Of a DNA stretch of 64,000 nucleotides, positions 12,537-22,825 are shown one piece after another; within the stretch, counting starts at the first letter, position 1; each line of letters starts with the position of its first letter. The position numbers and the translations under genes were made by a program. The DNA is taken from contig OZ244207.1 of NCBI GenBank assembly GCA_965216875.1, forward strand, positions 3,936,001 through 4,000,000. Reading direction: 5' to 3'. This DNA is from Rubripirellula sp. GTDB taxonomy: Bacteria > Planctomycetota > Planctomycetia > Pirellulales > Pirellulaceae. The notes beneath the pieces are model-generated. The model worked only from the letters and a program-made list of their open reading frames with translations. It did not search any database and was not told the origin of the DNA.

Positions 12537-12887
12537 CCGAAATCCCGAACTCGGTTTCCACTCTCAGCCGAAGCCAACAGCGGCAACCAAATCAAGATCT
12601 CGTTAGTTTCTCTACCTAACGATATCACATGTGTTGCCATGCCCAATCTCGATTGACTTACCAATGGCAAGCCTGCCAAAATCGTTCATGGCACGTTGCA
12701 CAGAATCCTAATCAGAATTCATCAAACAACTTCCGCCAGCTCGCTTCAGCAACCGCCTCGAAAGGAGATCACTTCCACACAGCTCGCTTCGTTGTCAACG
12801 CTTCAAAAAGAACTTGTTTTAACCGACGGCTCGCAAGTTGCCTTGCCAACCATCGAGTTGCTCTTTTCAGATGCCAACTACCAAACA

Positions 12888-12908
12888 ACCAAATTGTCAA
12901 AAATCAGT
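12888..12908 (-). promoter_or_regulatory. boxA-like antitermination element in the 23S leader
   Basis: Minus strand TGATTTTTGACAATTTGG resembles rrn boxA (TGxTCTTTGAxAA) and lies next to the processing-stem arm. Confidence 0.4.
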
Positions 12909-13005
12909 ACCCCGCGTTGGCCGTCGGCCGGTGCGGAGGACGCTGCCTGAGAGCAGCCGCTGAGCCAGTTAACTGACTCAGCGGACGACCTCAGGCGAGT
13001 CGCGG

Positions 13006-13035
13006 ATGTTATCAAAAGACGCTTCAGCCCGTCAA
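13006..13035 (-). promoter_or_regulatory. Putative sigma70 promoter for 23S-5S (proximal)
   Basis: TTGACG-18 nt-TAACAT. Confidence 0.45.
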
Positions 13036-13172
13036 TGGGTTCAGCTCTTTTGTCGACCATTTTTTTGTGAGCGAGTCGTGCGATTCAACGCCGGATACTT
13101 GCCACAGTTTTGGTCGGGATGATCAGCGATGAAGCCGATCAAGTGTCGCCGCTTGTTTGCTGCGAGGGGAGA

Positions 13173-13200
13173 AATTTAGCGTCCCAGCCGCAGGGGTCAA
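13173..13200 (-). promoter_or_regulatory. Putative sigma70 promoter for 23S-5S (distal)
   Basis: TTGACC-16 nt-TAAATT. A 16-nt spacer is typical of rrn promoters. Confidence 0.55.
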
Positions 13201-13313
13201 CACCTAATCTGAATTTCTTTCTGATGAATCCTTAACTTTCTGTTTCGCCGCCTTTCGGCGACTGTTTCGCACCCTTGTGGGCACAAAACGCTGCGACCTT
13301 TCGATCACAGAAG

Positions 13314-13386
13314 TGGAGGTGGACGGACTTGAACCGACGACCCTCTGCTTGCAAAGCAGATGCTCTCCCAACTGAGCTACACCCCC
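13314..13386 (-). tRNA. tRNA-Ala(TGC)
   Basis: GGGGGTGTAGCTCAGTTGGGAGAGCATCTGCTTTGCAAGCAGAGGGTCGTCGGTTCAAGTCCGTCCACCTCCA. CCA is not encoded. Confidence 0.97.
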
Positions 13387-13472
13387 GGGAAGGGCGGAAG
13401 ATTAGAGTTTCAATCTTTGGCTGTCAACGCCTTAATGCATCGTTAGCCAAACTCTTTTCACTTCCGGAAAAG

Positions 13473-13546
13473 TGGGCGTGCCAGAACTCGAATCTGGGAC
13501 CTCATCCTTATCAGGGATGCGCTCTAACCAACTGAGCTACACGCCC
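13473..13546 (-). tRNA. tRNA-Ile(GAT)
   Basis: GGGCGTGTAGCTCAGTTGGTTAGAGCGCATCCCTGATAAGGATGAGGTCCCAGATTCGAGTTCTGGCACGCCCA. CCA is not encoded. Confidence 0.96.
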
Positions 13547-13602
13547 GGAATTTTGCTGTGATTGACCGCCGTTTTGGCTCGCAGTCACTGGCAAAGGGCA
13601 AG

Positions 13603-13630
13603 AGTGTACGCAAACTCCCTGACCTGTCAA
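13603..13630 (-). promoter_or_regulatory. Putative strong sigma70 promoter for tRNA-Ile/tRNA-Ala
   Basis: TTGACA-16 nt-TACACT about 55 nt upstream of tRNA-Ile. Confidence 0.65.
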
Positions 13631-13930
13631 AGGTGGAAACCCCACAAGCTGGCAAAGTTCCTGATCCCTCAGCCGGAACAACCTACCCAATGCTGCCGGG
13701 ACGGATCCGTTGGTGCCGGGATCTCGCGTTACTCTTTGCCGAAGCGGCAAATCCGCTAGGACAACATCGGCAAGCCGAATCGATAACTTTCGCAACTTCT
13801 GACCCTTTGTCACCCAAAATCGACATTCTCATCAGCCCCCAGGTTCGGGCAAAATGTGCAAATCCCGAGGTGCAACTCAACAGACCGTTGGTGCCGCGGA
13901 GCTCCGCAACGGAATCAATAACGTTCAATC

Positions 13931-15970
13931 TTGACTTCAATGATGGATCACCAGTCGATGAAACCTTCCCCCTCCCAGTTTGAGCAACCTACGAATCCCG
14001 GCCTTGAGGGCCTCGTGGGTCGCCGAAATAGCGACCTCAAACGCCACACCTCTTTCCTGGCCAGCGTCGCTTGCACCCCACTTTGGTGCACGGCTTTCTT
14101 CGTGGCCGCCATGACAACAACATTCGTGACCTCGGCAGCCCATGCTGCTCCTCCCACCGCCAAAGCCGCACTGGCGCTCAAACCGGTCCAACGTGGTGAC
14201 GTTGATTACGAACAAGTCCCGGCCGATCAAGTCGACGGATGCAGCGTCGAAGACATCACCATCAAAGGCTGGTCCGGCTGGGAAGTGATCGCGGCAGACG
14301 GCTCGATCCTGCGTCGGTTCGCAGACACCAACGGCGACAAGAAGGTCGATCTTTGGAGCTATTTCAATTACGGCGTGGAGGTCTATCGCGATGTCGATGC
14401 CAACTTCAACGGCAAAGCGGACCAATACCGATGGCTCAGCACCGGCGGGACGCGCTGGGGCCTGGACGATGACGAAGATGGCAAAATCGATCGCTGGAAA
14501 CAGATCTCTGCCGAAGAGGCTTCCTCCGAATTGGTCGCCGCCATTCGAGACGGCGATCGCCAGCGTTTTGCACGCCTGTTGATCTCGGCTTCGGAAATCA
14601 AGTCACTCGGTTTGGGCCGAGAAAAAGCAGAAGAAATCACCGTCAAAGCACGCCGCGCGGCCCAGGATTTCGGTGCTCTCGCTGACCGCCAGAAAGTGGT
14701 CGGGGCCAACGCCGAATGGGTTCAATTCGCCGCCTCGCCTCCCGGTGTCGTGCCGCAGGGAACTTACGGCTCGACCCGCGACGTGATCGTCTACGAAAAC
14801 GCGGTTGCAATGTACGAACAAGCCGGAAAGAGCGGCCAATTGCTTGTCGGCACGGTCGTCAAAGTTGGCAACGCCTGGCGTTTGGTCGAACTGCCGTCGG
14901 TCTCAGGCGATGGAGATACGATCGCTCAAACGACCGGCATCTTCTTCACCCCCGGTGGCTCGGCGCTGGCCGCAGGTGCCTCGCAAGACCTCGGCGAGTT
15001 GACGCAACAATTGGTGCGTCGACTCGAAGAAATCGATACCAAACTCGCCACGGCAAGCTCCGCAAGTGACCTCGAACAACTTCATGAAGACCGCGCGGGC
15101 GTTGTCGAAGACCTGATCAAAGCCTCCGCCAATCGGACTGAGCGTGATACCTGGGTCCGCCAACTCGTCGACACGCTGGGCGTCGCCGTTCAAACGGGAG
15201 CCTACAAGAAGGGATCGACCCGTCTGCGCCGCGTTTCGACCGATTTCGCCGGCGATGACGAGGCTTTGAAGGCCTATGCCGACTACCGAGCGATCGAAAC
15301 GGAATACTCGATTCGCCAATCTCCCGATGCCGATTTTGCGAAGGTCCAAGCGTGGTACCTCGAATCGCTGACCGGGTTTGTTGAGCGATACCCGCGCACC
15401 GCGGAGACCGCTCAGGCCTACATGCAGCTGGCGCTGAGCAAGGAATTCGAGGGCAAAGAACGCGAAGCGTTGGCCTACTACAAACGAGTCGCCAGCGGCT
15501 TTGGAAACACCGGCGTTGGCACCAAAGCGTCCGGCGCTGTCCGCCGTCTCGAGTCGGTCGGCAAGAAGATCGACCTCGAAGGAACGACGATCGAAGGCCA
15601 ATCATTCCGCTTGTCGAGCCTGCGTGGCAAACCGGTCGTCCTTCACTACTGGGCAACCTGGTGTGAACCGTGCAAACAGGACATGAAGCTGCTCCGCCGA
15701 CTACAGGCGAGCTACCAACGGGCCGGTTTGAAGATTGTCGGCGTCAACGTCGACGTGACCCGAGAAATGGCCAACGATTTCCTCTCCGCAACGCCGCTGC
15801 CTTGGACTCAGCTGTACGACGAAGGAAGTCTCGAAGCGAGCCGACTGGCAAACGCATTCGGCGTTCAAACGCTGCCAACGATGATGTTGATCGACAAGGA
15901 AGGCAAAGTCGTTCGCCACAACGTCACCGGCGCCGAATTGGATGCCGAACTCAAAGCGCTGCTGAAGTAG
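13931..15970 (+). CDS. Exported TlpA/redoxin-family thiol-disulfide oxidoreductase with a large N-terminal region (EF-hand-like repeats, TPR-like helices)
   Basis: C-terminal thioredoxin fold (VLHYWATWCEPC, GVQTLPTMMLIDKEG). Signal peptide ends in AHA. True start uncertain, possibly GTG 14015. Confidence 0.8.
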   Translation: MTSMMDHQSMKPSPSQFEQPTNPGLEGLVGRRNSDLKRHTSFLASVACTPLWCTAFFVAAMTTTFVTSAAHAAPPTAKAALALKPVQRGDVDYEQVPADQVDGCSVEDITIKGWSGWEVIAADGSILRRFADTNGDKKVDLWSYFNYGVEVYRDVDANFNGKADQYRWLSTGGTRWGLDDDEDGKIDRWKQISAEEASSELVAAIRDGDRQRFARLLISASEIKSLGLGREKAEEITVKARRAAQDFGALADRQKVVGANAEWVQFAASPPGVVPQGTYGSTRDVIVYENAVAMYEQAGKSGQLLVGTVVKVGNAWRLVELPSVSGDGDTIAQTTGIFFTPGGSALAAGASQDLGELTQQLVRRLEEIDTKLATASSASDLEQLHEDRAGVVEDLIKASANRTERDTWVRQLVDTLGVAVQTGAYKKGSTRLRRVSTDFAGDDEALKAYADYRAIETEYSIRQSPDADFAKVQAWYLESLTGFVERYPRTAETAQAYMQLALSKEFEGKEREALAYYKRVASGFGNTGVGTKASGAVRRLESVGKKIDLEGTTIEGQSFRLSSLRGKPVVLHYWATWCEPCKQDMKLLRRLQASYQRAGLKIVGVNVDVTREMANDFLSATPLPWTQLYDEGSLEASRLANAFGVQTLPTMMLIDKEGKVVRHNVTGAELDAELKALLK

Positions 15971-16366
15971 CCCCGTTCGTCGTCTCAAACCCAGGCGGAA
16001 TGCGAGTCGCTTCCGCCTGGAGATCCGCACGACGAGCGGCCGGCTCGGGCGGCGAGGTTCGCCCCCGCGCCCACCGATCGAGGTAACAAGCTGTAACCCA
16101 ATGCTCGTGATTTTCACCAAAGCAAGGTATAATGCGGGAACAGATGTTGGTCGGACTGTGGAAAGAGTCCGTGAATGCTCGGCGGTTTCGAGACCCGTCC
16201 AACGCGTTTTTGATTGCCCCAGCCGATTCGGTCGCCTACGACTGCCGCTCATTCGTTGACTCGGCGGCATGGTGACTCAAACGGCAATCGAAGCATCAAG
16301 GAGGGCTGGAATGTGATTCCAGTCGCCGATTGGGGCCCTTTTCACAAAGACTGCGACATATCAGAG

Positions 16367-16762
16367 ATGGCCAAGCGGAAAGACCTTCGCAGTAAGCTGA
16401 AGGCTGCAGATCGGCGTCGAAAACGGCGGCCCGAAGCGACCGCTGCTCCCGTTGCGCCCTCGCCCACCATCGATGTTACCGGACTGTTGATCGAGCGAAT
16501 TCTCGATGATTCTGAGACGCCTCGACAAGATGCCGTCGTCCTCTCCGCACTGCGAGCGGTTCTTAACCAGATCCCGCCGAACCGCCCAGAGCCCCTCGAG
16601 CTGTACCAGCAGATCCTCGAGCTCCAGCAACGCGAGGACGTTCCTGCGCGGGCATTGCGTTCGGCCATCGAACAGCTGATCGCGATGGCCAACGACCAAC
16701 GACAAGCGGGCCCCGGCGTGGCAAACCCGTTTATCAGCTACCTGTCGCTGATGGTTTCGTAA
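16367..16762 (+). CDS. Hypothetical protein (basic N-terminus, helical)
   Basis: MAKRKDLRSKLKAADRRRKRR..., 131 aa from ATG 16367. TATAAT at 16128 upstream. Confidence 0.6.
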   Translation: MAKRKDLRSKLKAADRRRKRRPEATAAPVAPSPTIDVTGLLIERILDDSETPRQDAVVLSALRAVLNQIPPNRPEPLELYQQILELQQREDVPARALRSAIEQLIAMANDQRQAGPGVANPFISYLSLMVS

Positions 16763-16795
16763 AGCAGATCCGGCAAACGCCACCCAGCAGATCAA

Positions 16796-16961
16796 GCCCG
16801 GCCGCTTACGCGATCGCGGCTCAAAAGCAGGTAGGCCGGATCAAGGAGCGACAGCGACGCAGATCCGGCAGAATCTCGTCAGTTCCACCCCGATCGCATG
16901 ACGTACGCAGAGGACGCGGAGCGTCCAAGTCGTGCGTTCCCACGGGGACCGTGGGAACGAG
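16796..16961. repeat. REP-like mosaic (families C, D, F) between convergent genes
   Basis: GCCCGGCCGCTTACGCGATCGCGGCTCA (16796-16823), GTAGGCCGGATCAAGGAGCGACAGCGACGCAGATCCGGCA (16831-16870), GGACGCGGAGCGTCC...GTTCCCACGGGGACCGTGGGAAC (16912-16961). Confidence 0.8.
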
Positions 16962-16988
16962 GGATGGGGTAGCGGGACGACGAATCGA

Positions 16989-18467
<1,479 letters not shown>

Positions 18468-18700
18468 CTCTCTAGTTACCCAATTCAAATAAGGAGGGAA
18501 TTGTCTCGTACATCAACATTCAAAGGTTCGCCTATTGGGGTCGGATTCTAGGCTCTGAACGAGAAACGAAAAGGAGTCTGTCCCTTGGAAAGACGTTAGG
18601 TGGCCCGATCATCCATCAAGCTCGGCAAGTTGGCGAGGAGAGGGTCATTGGCGCGCGATTTGCCCTGAAGTCATGGCAGACAATCGACCGTACCTACCAA

Positions 18701-18807
18701 CACTCTCCCCTGGGAGAGTCGGGCTCGAAGGCCCGGAGAGGGTCTGTTTTGCAACGCCCCCTCCCCGGGCTTTAGCGCCCGACCCTCCCGCAAGCGGGAG
18801 GGTGATT
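18701..18807. repeat. REP-like multi-hairpin element, family E
   Basis: CTCTCCC.TGGGAGAG...CCCTCCCCGGGCTTTAGCGCCCGACCCTCCC.CAAG.GGGAGGGT. A near-identical copy lies at 38992-39094. Confidence 0.85.
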
Positions 18808-19029
18808 GTTGGAGCTACGGCAAATGGACAGACCACCCTCGCGATGGGGGTGGGTTACGAGACAATCAGCCCGCATCACCCGAACAAACGGCAAGGTTTT
18901 GACGATTCGTGTCCAGGATCGAGCAAGTTTGTTGATGAACCGAGATCGTCGGATTATCGTCAGGGGGTGCACCTGCGCGGAAGCTGCGCAGGCTCTAATC
19001 CACCGTTCAGGCCTTCCTTGGCAGACCCT

Positions 19030-20415
19030 ATGAACAAGCTTTTTCGCTTCACAGCTTTCCTTGTCGTTTGCGGCCTCTCGCTCACGATTTCGTCACTTGC
19101 GCACGCTCAAGATGGTGGCGACACTAACATTTTTGCCGACCCCATCGCTGGTGTTGATGTCGATGCAAAAGGCGTTTTGCGAGTTCGACAAGTTGACCCA
19201 CGTGCGGCTCAAGCACGCCTTCGCGCCGCGCGACAGGTCAACAACGACCTGATGCGACCGTCGGAGCTGCGAAAGATTTCGCTCAACCGCCTGGAAGCCG
19301 CCATCGATGCACGCATCGCCGAGGGATTGAATCCCAGCGATGAAATGAATGCTCTGGCCGGCCTCACCTCCGTCCAATACGTCTTCTTCTATCCGGAATC
19401 GGGTGACATCGTCATTGCCGGTCCCGCCGAAGGATTCGTCGCCGACCCAACCGAACGTTTCGTCGGCATGCAAAGCGGTCGCCCCGTCGTCTTGCTCGAA
19501 GACCTCGTCACCGCCCTTCGTGCTTATGCACCTGGCGAACGAGCCACACCGATCATCAGCGTTTCGATCGATCCAACCCAAGAGGGCCTGCAACAGATGC
19601 AGCAGTTCCTCGCCTCGGTTCGCGGTCGCGTCCGCCCCACCAACAGCGACGCACAACGGCTTGCCAACGGTCTGAAAAACAACCTCGGACTGCAAACGGT
19701 CACGATCAAGGGCATCCCCACCTCGACTCACTTCGCACGCGTGTTGGTCGAAGCCGACTACCGCATGAAGCTGATCGGTATCGGCCTGGAGCGCTTGCCC
19801 ATCCGTATGCAGAGCTATGTTGACCGCGCCAACGCAAGCACCGTCGGTGCCAACGCCATGGAACGCTGGTACTTCCAACCCAACTACGACGGCATCTCGG
19901 TCAGCGAAGATGGATTGGCAATGAAGATCAACGAGCGTGGCGTTCAACTCGTCGGTGCTCACGAACGTGTCAACGGCGGCAAGCGTGTCGCTGGCGGACG
20001 CGTCAATCGAGCAAGCCAAGCGTTCTGCCAAGACTTCACCAAGAACTATCCGCTGATCGCCGAGCGTGTTCGCATCTATGACGAACTTCGCCAGCTGATC
20101 GACGTTTCGATTGCGGCCGCCTACATCCACGAGCAAGACTTCTACGGTCAAGCCGGCTGGTCGATGCCAACGCTGTTGGACGAGTCGAAGGTTTCGGTTG
20201 AAGTCCACACCGCTCCACAACAAGTTGAAACAGCGGTTAACGCGATCTGGCGAGGCAACAAGTTGATGACCCCACTCGGTGGTGGCGTCAACATGCAGCC
20301 ACGCGTTGCTCTCAACAGCGACCACAAGATGGTCGACGCCAAGGGCGAAAACCTAAAGGTCAAAAAGGTGGCCGGCCCCGAAGGACTCGAATCTGGCCAA
20401 TGGTGGTGGGACTGA
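19030..20415 (+). CDS. DUF1598 domain-containing exported protein
   Basis: Signal peptide (AHA), then GVDVDAKGVL, LRKISLNRLE, DIVIAGPAE, SIDPTQEGL, ARVLVEADYRMKLIGIG, ERWYF, GGGV and a terminal WWWD. Confidence 0.8.
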   Translation: MNKLFRFTAFLVVCGLSLTISSLAHAQDGGDTNIFADPIAGVDVDAKGVLRVRQVDPRAAQARLRAARQVNNDLMRPSELRKISLNRLEAAIDARIAEGLNPSDEMNALAGLTSVQYVFFYPESGDIVIAGPAEGFVADPTERFVGMQSGRPVVLLEDLVTALRAYAPGERATPIISVSIDPTQEGLQQMQQFLASVRGRVRPTNSDAQRLANGLKNNLGLQTVTIKGIPTSTHFARVLVEADYRMKLIGIGLERLPIRMQSYVDRANASTVGANAMERWYFQPNYDGISVSEDGLAMKINERGVQLVGAHERVNGGKRVAGGRVNRASQAFCQDFTKNYPLIAERVRIYDELRQLIDVSIAAAYIHEQDFYGQAGWSMPTLLDESKVSVEVHTAPQQVETAVNAIWRGNKLMTPLGGGVNMQPRVALNSDHKMVDAKGENLKVKKVAGPEGLESGQWWWD

Positions 20416-20453
20416 TCCCAGCCTCCCCCCGAATCCAACCCAATATCGACACG

Positions 20454-20483
20454 AAACGCCCTCATTCTTGAGGGCGTTTTTTT
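20454..20483 (+). terminator. Intrinsic terminator
   Basis: AAACGCCCTCA-TTCT-TGAGGGCGTTTTTTT. Confidence 0.85.
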
Positions 20484-20494
20484 GTAGTGTTCGT

Positions 20495-20546
20495 CGTACC
20501 GAGCTTTAGCCGGAATCTTCAGGCAATCCGCCTAAAGGCGGTACTA
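20495..20546. repeat. REP-like element, family G
   Basis: GTACCG.GCTTTAGCCGGAATC...CCGCCTAAAGGCGGTACTA. A copy lies at 52555-52622. Confidence 0.7.
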
Positions 20547-20679
20547 AAAACGGCGCTGACGACGCACAGAGGCAAGTGAGCCGAACGTACCGCGGTGACG
20601 CCTTGTCACATCGGGACAAAGCAAACAGAATTGCTCGTTGACTGCGAGTGAAACATTCGACCACATGGAACCAATCACA

Positions 20680-21489
20680 ATGCTTTTCGAAGGCAAAAAG
20701 GGGCTGATCTTTGGCATCGCAAACGACCGCTCCATTGCGGCAGCGATTGCCAAACAACTTCACGCTCAAGGGGCTCAGATGGGATTCACCCATTTGCCCG
20801 ACAGCGATCCGGAACGTCCCAAAATGGCCAAGCGTCTGCAAAAGGTCGTCGGCGATTGGGACCCCGCCTTCATGCTTCCCTGCGACGTCCAGAACGAAGA
20901 ACACCTCGACAAGATCTTCGATACCGCCAAAGAGAAGTTCGGAGAGATCGATTTCATTTTGCACTCGATCGCGTACGCACCCATCGACCAACTGACGATC
21001 CCAACACACGAAGTCAGCAAAGAGGGCTTTTCGCTTTCGATGCAAATCTCGGCTTACAGCTTCGTTCAGCTCGCCCATCGCGCCCAAGCGATCATGTCGC
21101 CCGGCGGATCGATGTTGACGATGACTTACTACGGCGGCGAAATGGCCGTGCCGGGTTACAACATCATGGGCGTTTGCAAAGCGGCTCTGGAAAGCTGCGT
21201 CAAATACCTCGCCGCAGAACTTGGCCCTGCCGGTCTTCGCGTCAACGCGTTGTCAGCCGGCTACATCAAGACGCTCGCTTCGTCCGTCGTCAGTGACTCG
21301 GGCAAGATGGCCGACTTGTACAAAGCGTTTTCGCCTCTGCGACGGGGTGTGGAAGCCGAAGAAGTTGGCAAAGCAGGTATGTTCCTGCTCTCGGACCTCG
21401 CATCGGGCGTCACCGGCGAAAACCTTCACGTCGATTGCGGCTATCACATCGTCGGTGCCCCACCGCCAGAAGTGCTCAACGAACACTAA
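20680..21489 (+). CDS. fabI: Enoyl-[acyl-carrier-protein] reductase
   Basis: [39 protein letters not shown] (Y-x6-K), [11 protein letters not shown]. Confidence 0.93.
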   Translation: MLFEGKKGLIFGIANDRSIAAAIAKQLHAQGAQMGFTHLPDSDPERPKMAKRLQKVVGDWDPAFMLPCDVQNEEHLDKIFDTAKEKFGEIDFILHSIAYAPIDQLTIPTHEVSKEGFSLSMQISAYSFVQLAHRAQAIMSPGGSMLTMTYYGGEMAVPGYNIMGVCKAALESCVKYLAAELGPAGLRVNALSAGYIKTLASSVVSDSGKMADLYKAFSPLRRGVEAEEVGKAGMFLLSDLASGVTGENLHVDCGYHIVGAPPPEVLNEH

Positions 21490-21503
21490 CGGGTTCGCCT
21501 CTA

Positions 21504-21655
21504 GTGAGCCGAACGCGCTAGCGTCGGGCCGCGTCGGCGCCGGGCCGCGCTAGCTTCCGGCCCTGCAACCAACGCAGCTACGCTCGCCAGAGCGTAGCGA
21601 TGGATGCATCACGAGTGCCGGATCAGCGTCGCTGTCGCTCCTTGATCCGGCCTAC
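21504..21655. repeat. REP-like mosaic (families B, A, D)
   Basis: Family B at 21504-21530, A at 21574-21596, inverted D at 21616-21655. Confidence 0.8.
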
Positions 21656-21754
21656 GGCAGGCAAACTTGCACATCTGAGTTGCGGCTCGCCTAAAATGAC
21701 GGGGTCATTGCCCCTGGCTCTCGCGGCCCTTCACTCACGTCGCACCGAGTGTTG

Positions 21755-22519
21755 ATGAGTCTGCCCGTCAATCCGAACCGTTTATCACAGTCGCAGTGTC
21801 GATTGGTCGTTGTCCAAGACCAGTTGCAACCGTGCCCTTACATCGATGGGGTCACAGCGCGGATGCCGTTGCGACTGCCCGTCGGACCGGTGACCGGCCA
21901 AGTGACCGACCGATTGCTCGACATGGGTTTTCGTCGCAGTGGTGACTTCGTCTATCAGACTCAGTGCCCAACCTGCAATCAATGCCGACCAACGCGTGTC
22001 GAAGTCGCCCGGCTGCGAATCACCAAATCAATGCGGCGCGTCCTGTCGCGTGGAAATCGCCAGCTTCGGTGCCAATGGCAAACACCCGAGGTCGATCATC
22101 GGCGTCTGCAACTGTTCAATGAACACCGCTCACAGCGCGGCCTGAGCAACGATGGCAACGAAATCGACCTCGATTCTTATCGTTCCTTTCTCGTCGACAC
22201 CTGCTGCGCGACCCGTGAATTGGCCATCTACCTCGATGGCGAATTGGTCGGGGTCTCCATTGTCGATCTTGGGGACGAAAGCCTTTCCGCCGTCTACACG
22301 CATTTCTCGCAAGACGTCTCGCGGCTCTGCCCTGGAACGTTCGCCATTTTGAAGCAGTTCGAGTTCGCCCGTCAGACGCAGCGGCGGTACGTCTACCTGG
22401 GCATGTACGTAGCCGAAAACAAGCACCTCAACTACAAGGCTCGGTTCATGCCCCAACAGAGGCTGATCGACGGAGAATGGGTCGATTTCGACGAGCAATC
22501 GAAAGTCCAGCAGCTGTAG
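21755..22519 (+). CDS. Bacterial arginyl-/leucyl-tRNA-protein transferase (Ate1-like, Bpt family)
   Basis: CPY, GFRRSG..Y...CPTCNQC, SAVYT, GTFAIL, YVYLGMYV..N..LNYK.RF.PQQRL. Confidence 0.88.
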   Translation: MSLPVNPNRLSQSQCRLVVVQDQLQPCPYIDGVTARMPLRLPVGPVTGQVTDRLLDMGFRRSGDFVYQTQCPTCNQCRPTRVEVARLRITKSMRRVLSRGNRQLRCQWQTPEVDHRRLQLFNEHRSQRGLSNDGNEIDLDSYRSFLVDTCCATRELAIYLDGELVGVSIVDLGDESLSAVYTHFSQDVSRLCPGTFAILKQFEFARQTQRRYVYLGMYVAENKHLNYKARFMPQQRLIDGEWVDFDEQSKVQQL

Positions 22520-22825
22520 CGTTTTGCGGCAGTGCTGTTCGATTTTGCTGCAGCACGGATTTCGCCCGAGCGTTGGAGATATCGATTTTTCAGTGCCCGT
22601 TCGAATTTCCATCTCCGCCGCCGATCGACGAGACTCCGAGCGGTTTGAACGACGTCGCGACAATCAAACGATCGTAGAAAACGAAATTCTCGCGGTTGTG
22701 CTAGGATGTCTCTCTCTGGACCACGTTTTGCTCGTCAGGCCTGGCTCACGCCTCCTTTTCACTATTCTGATCGGGCCCCAGTGGCCTCGATTCCCGGGTC
22801 GGTCTCTTCAATTGGATCGTTTGAC

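Noticed and set aside
18673..19029. Long N-terminal extension of the DUF1598 ORF (similar extensions at 51002, 57146 and 54495-54644)
   Set aside because: The extensions run through REP elements or neighbouring genes. Downstream ATGs give proper signal peptides or domain starts.
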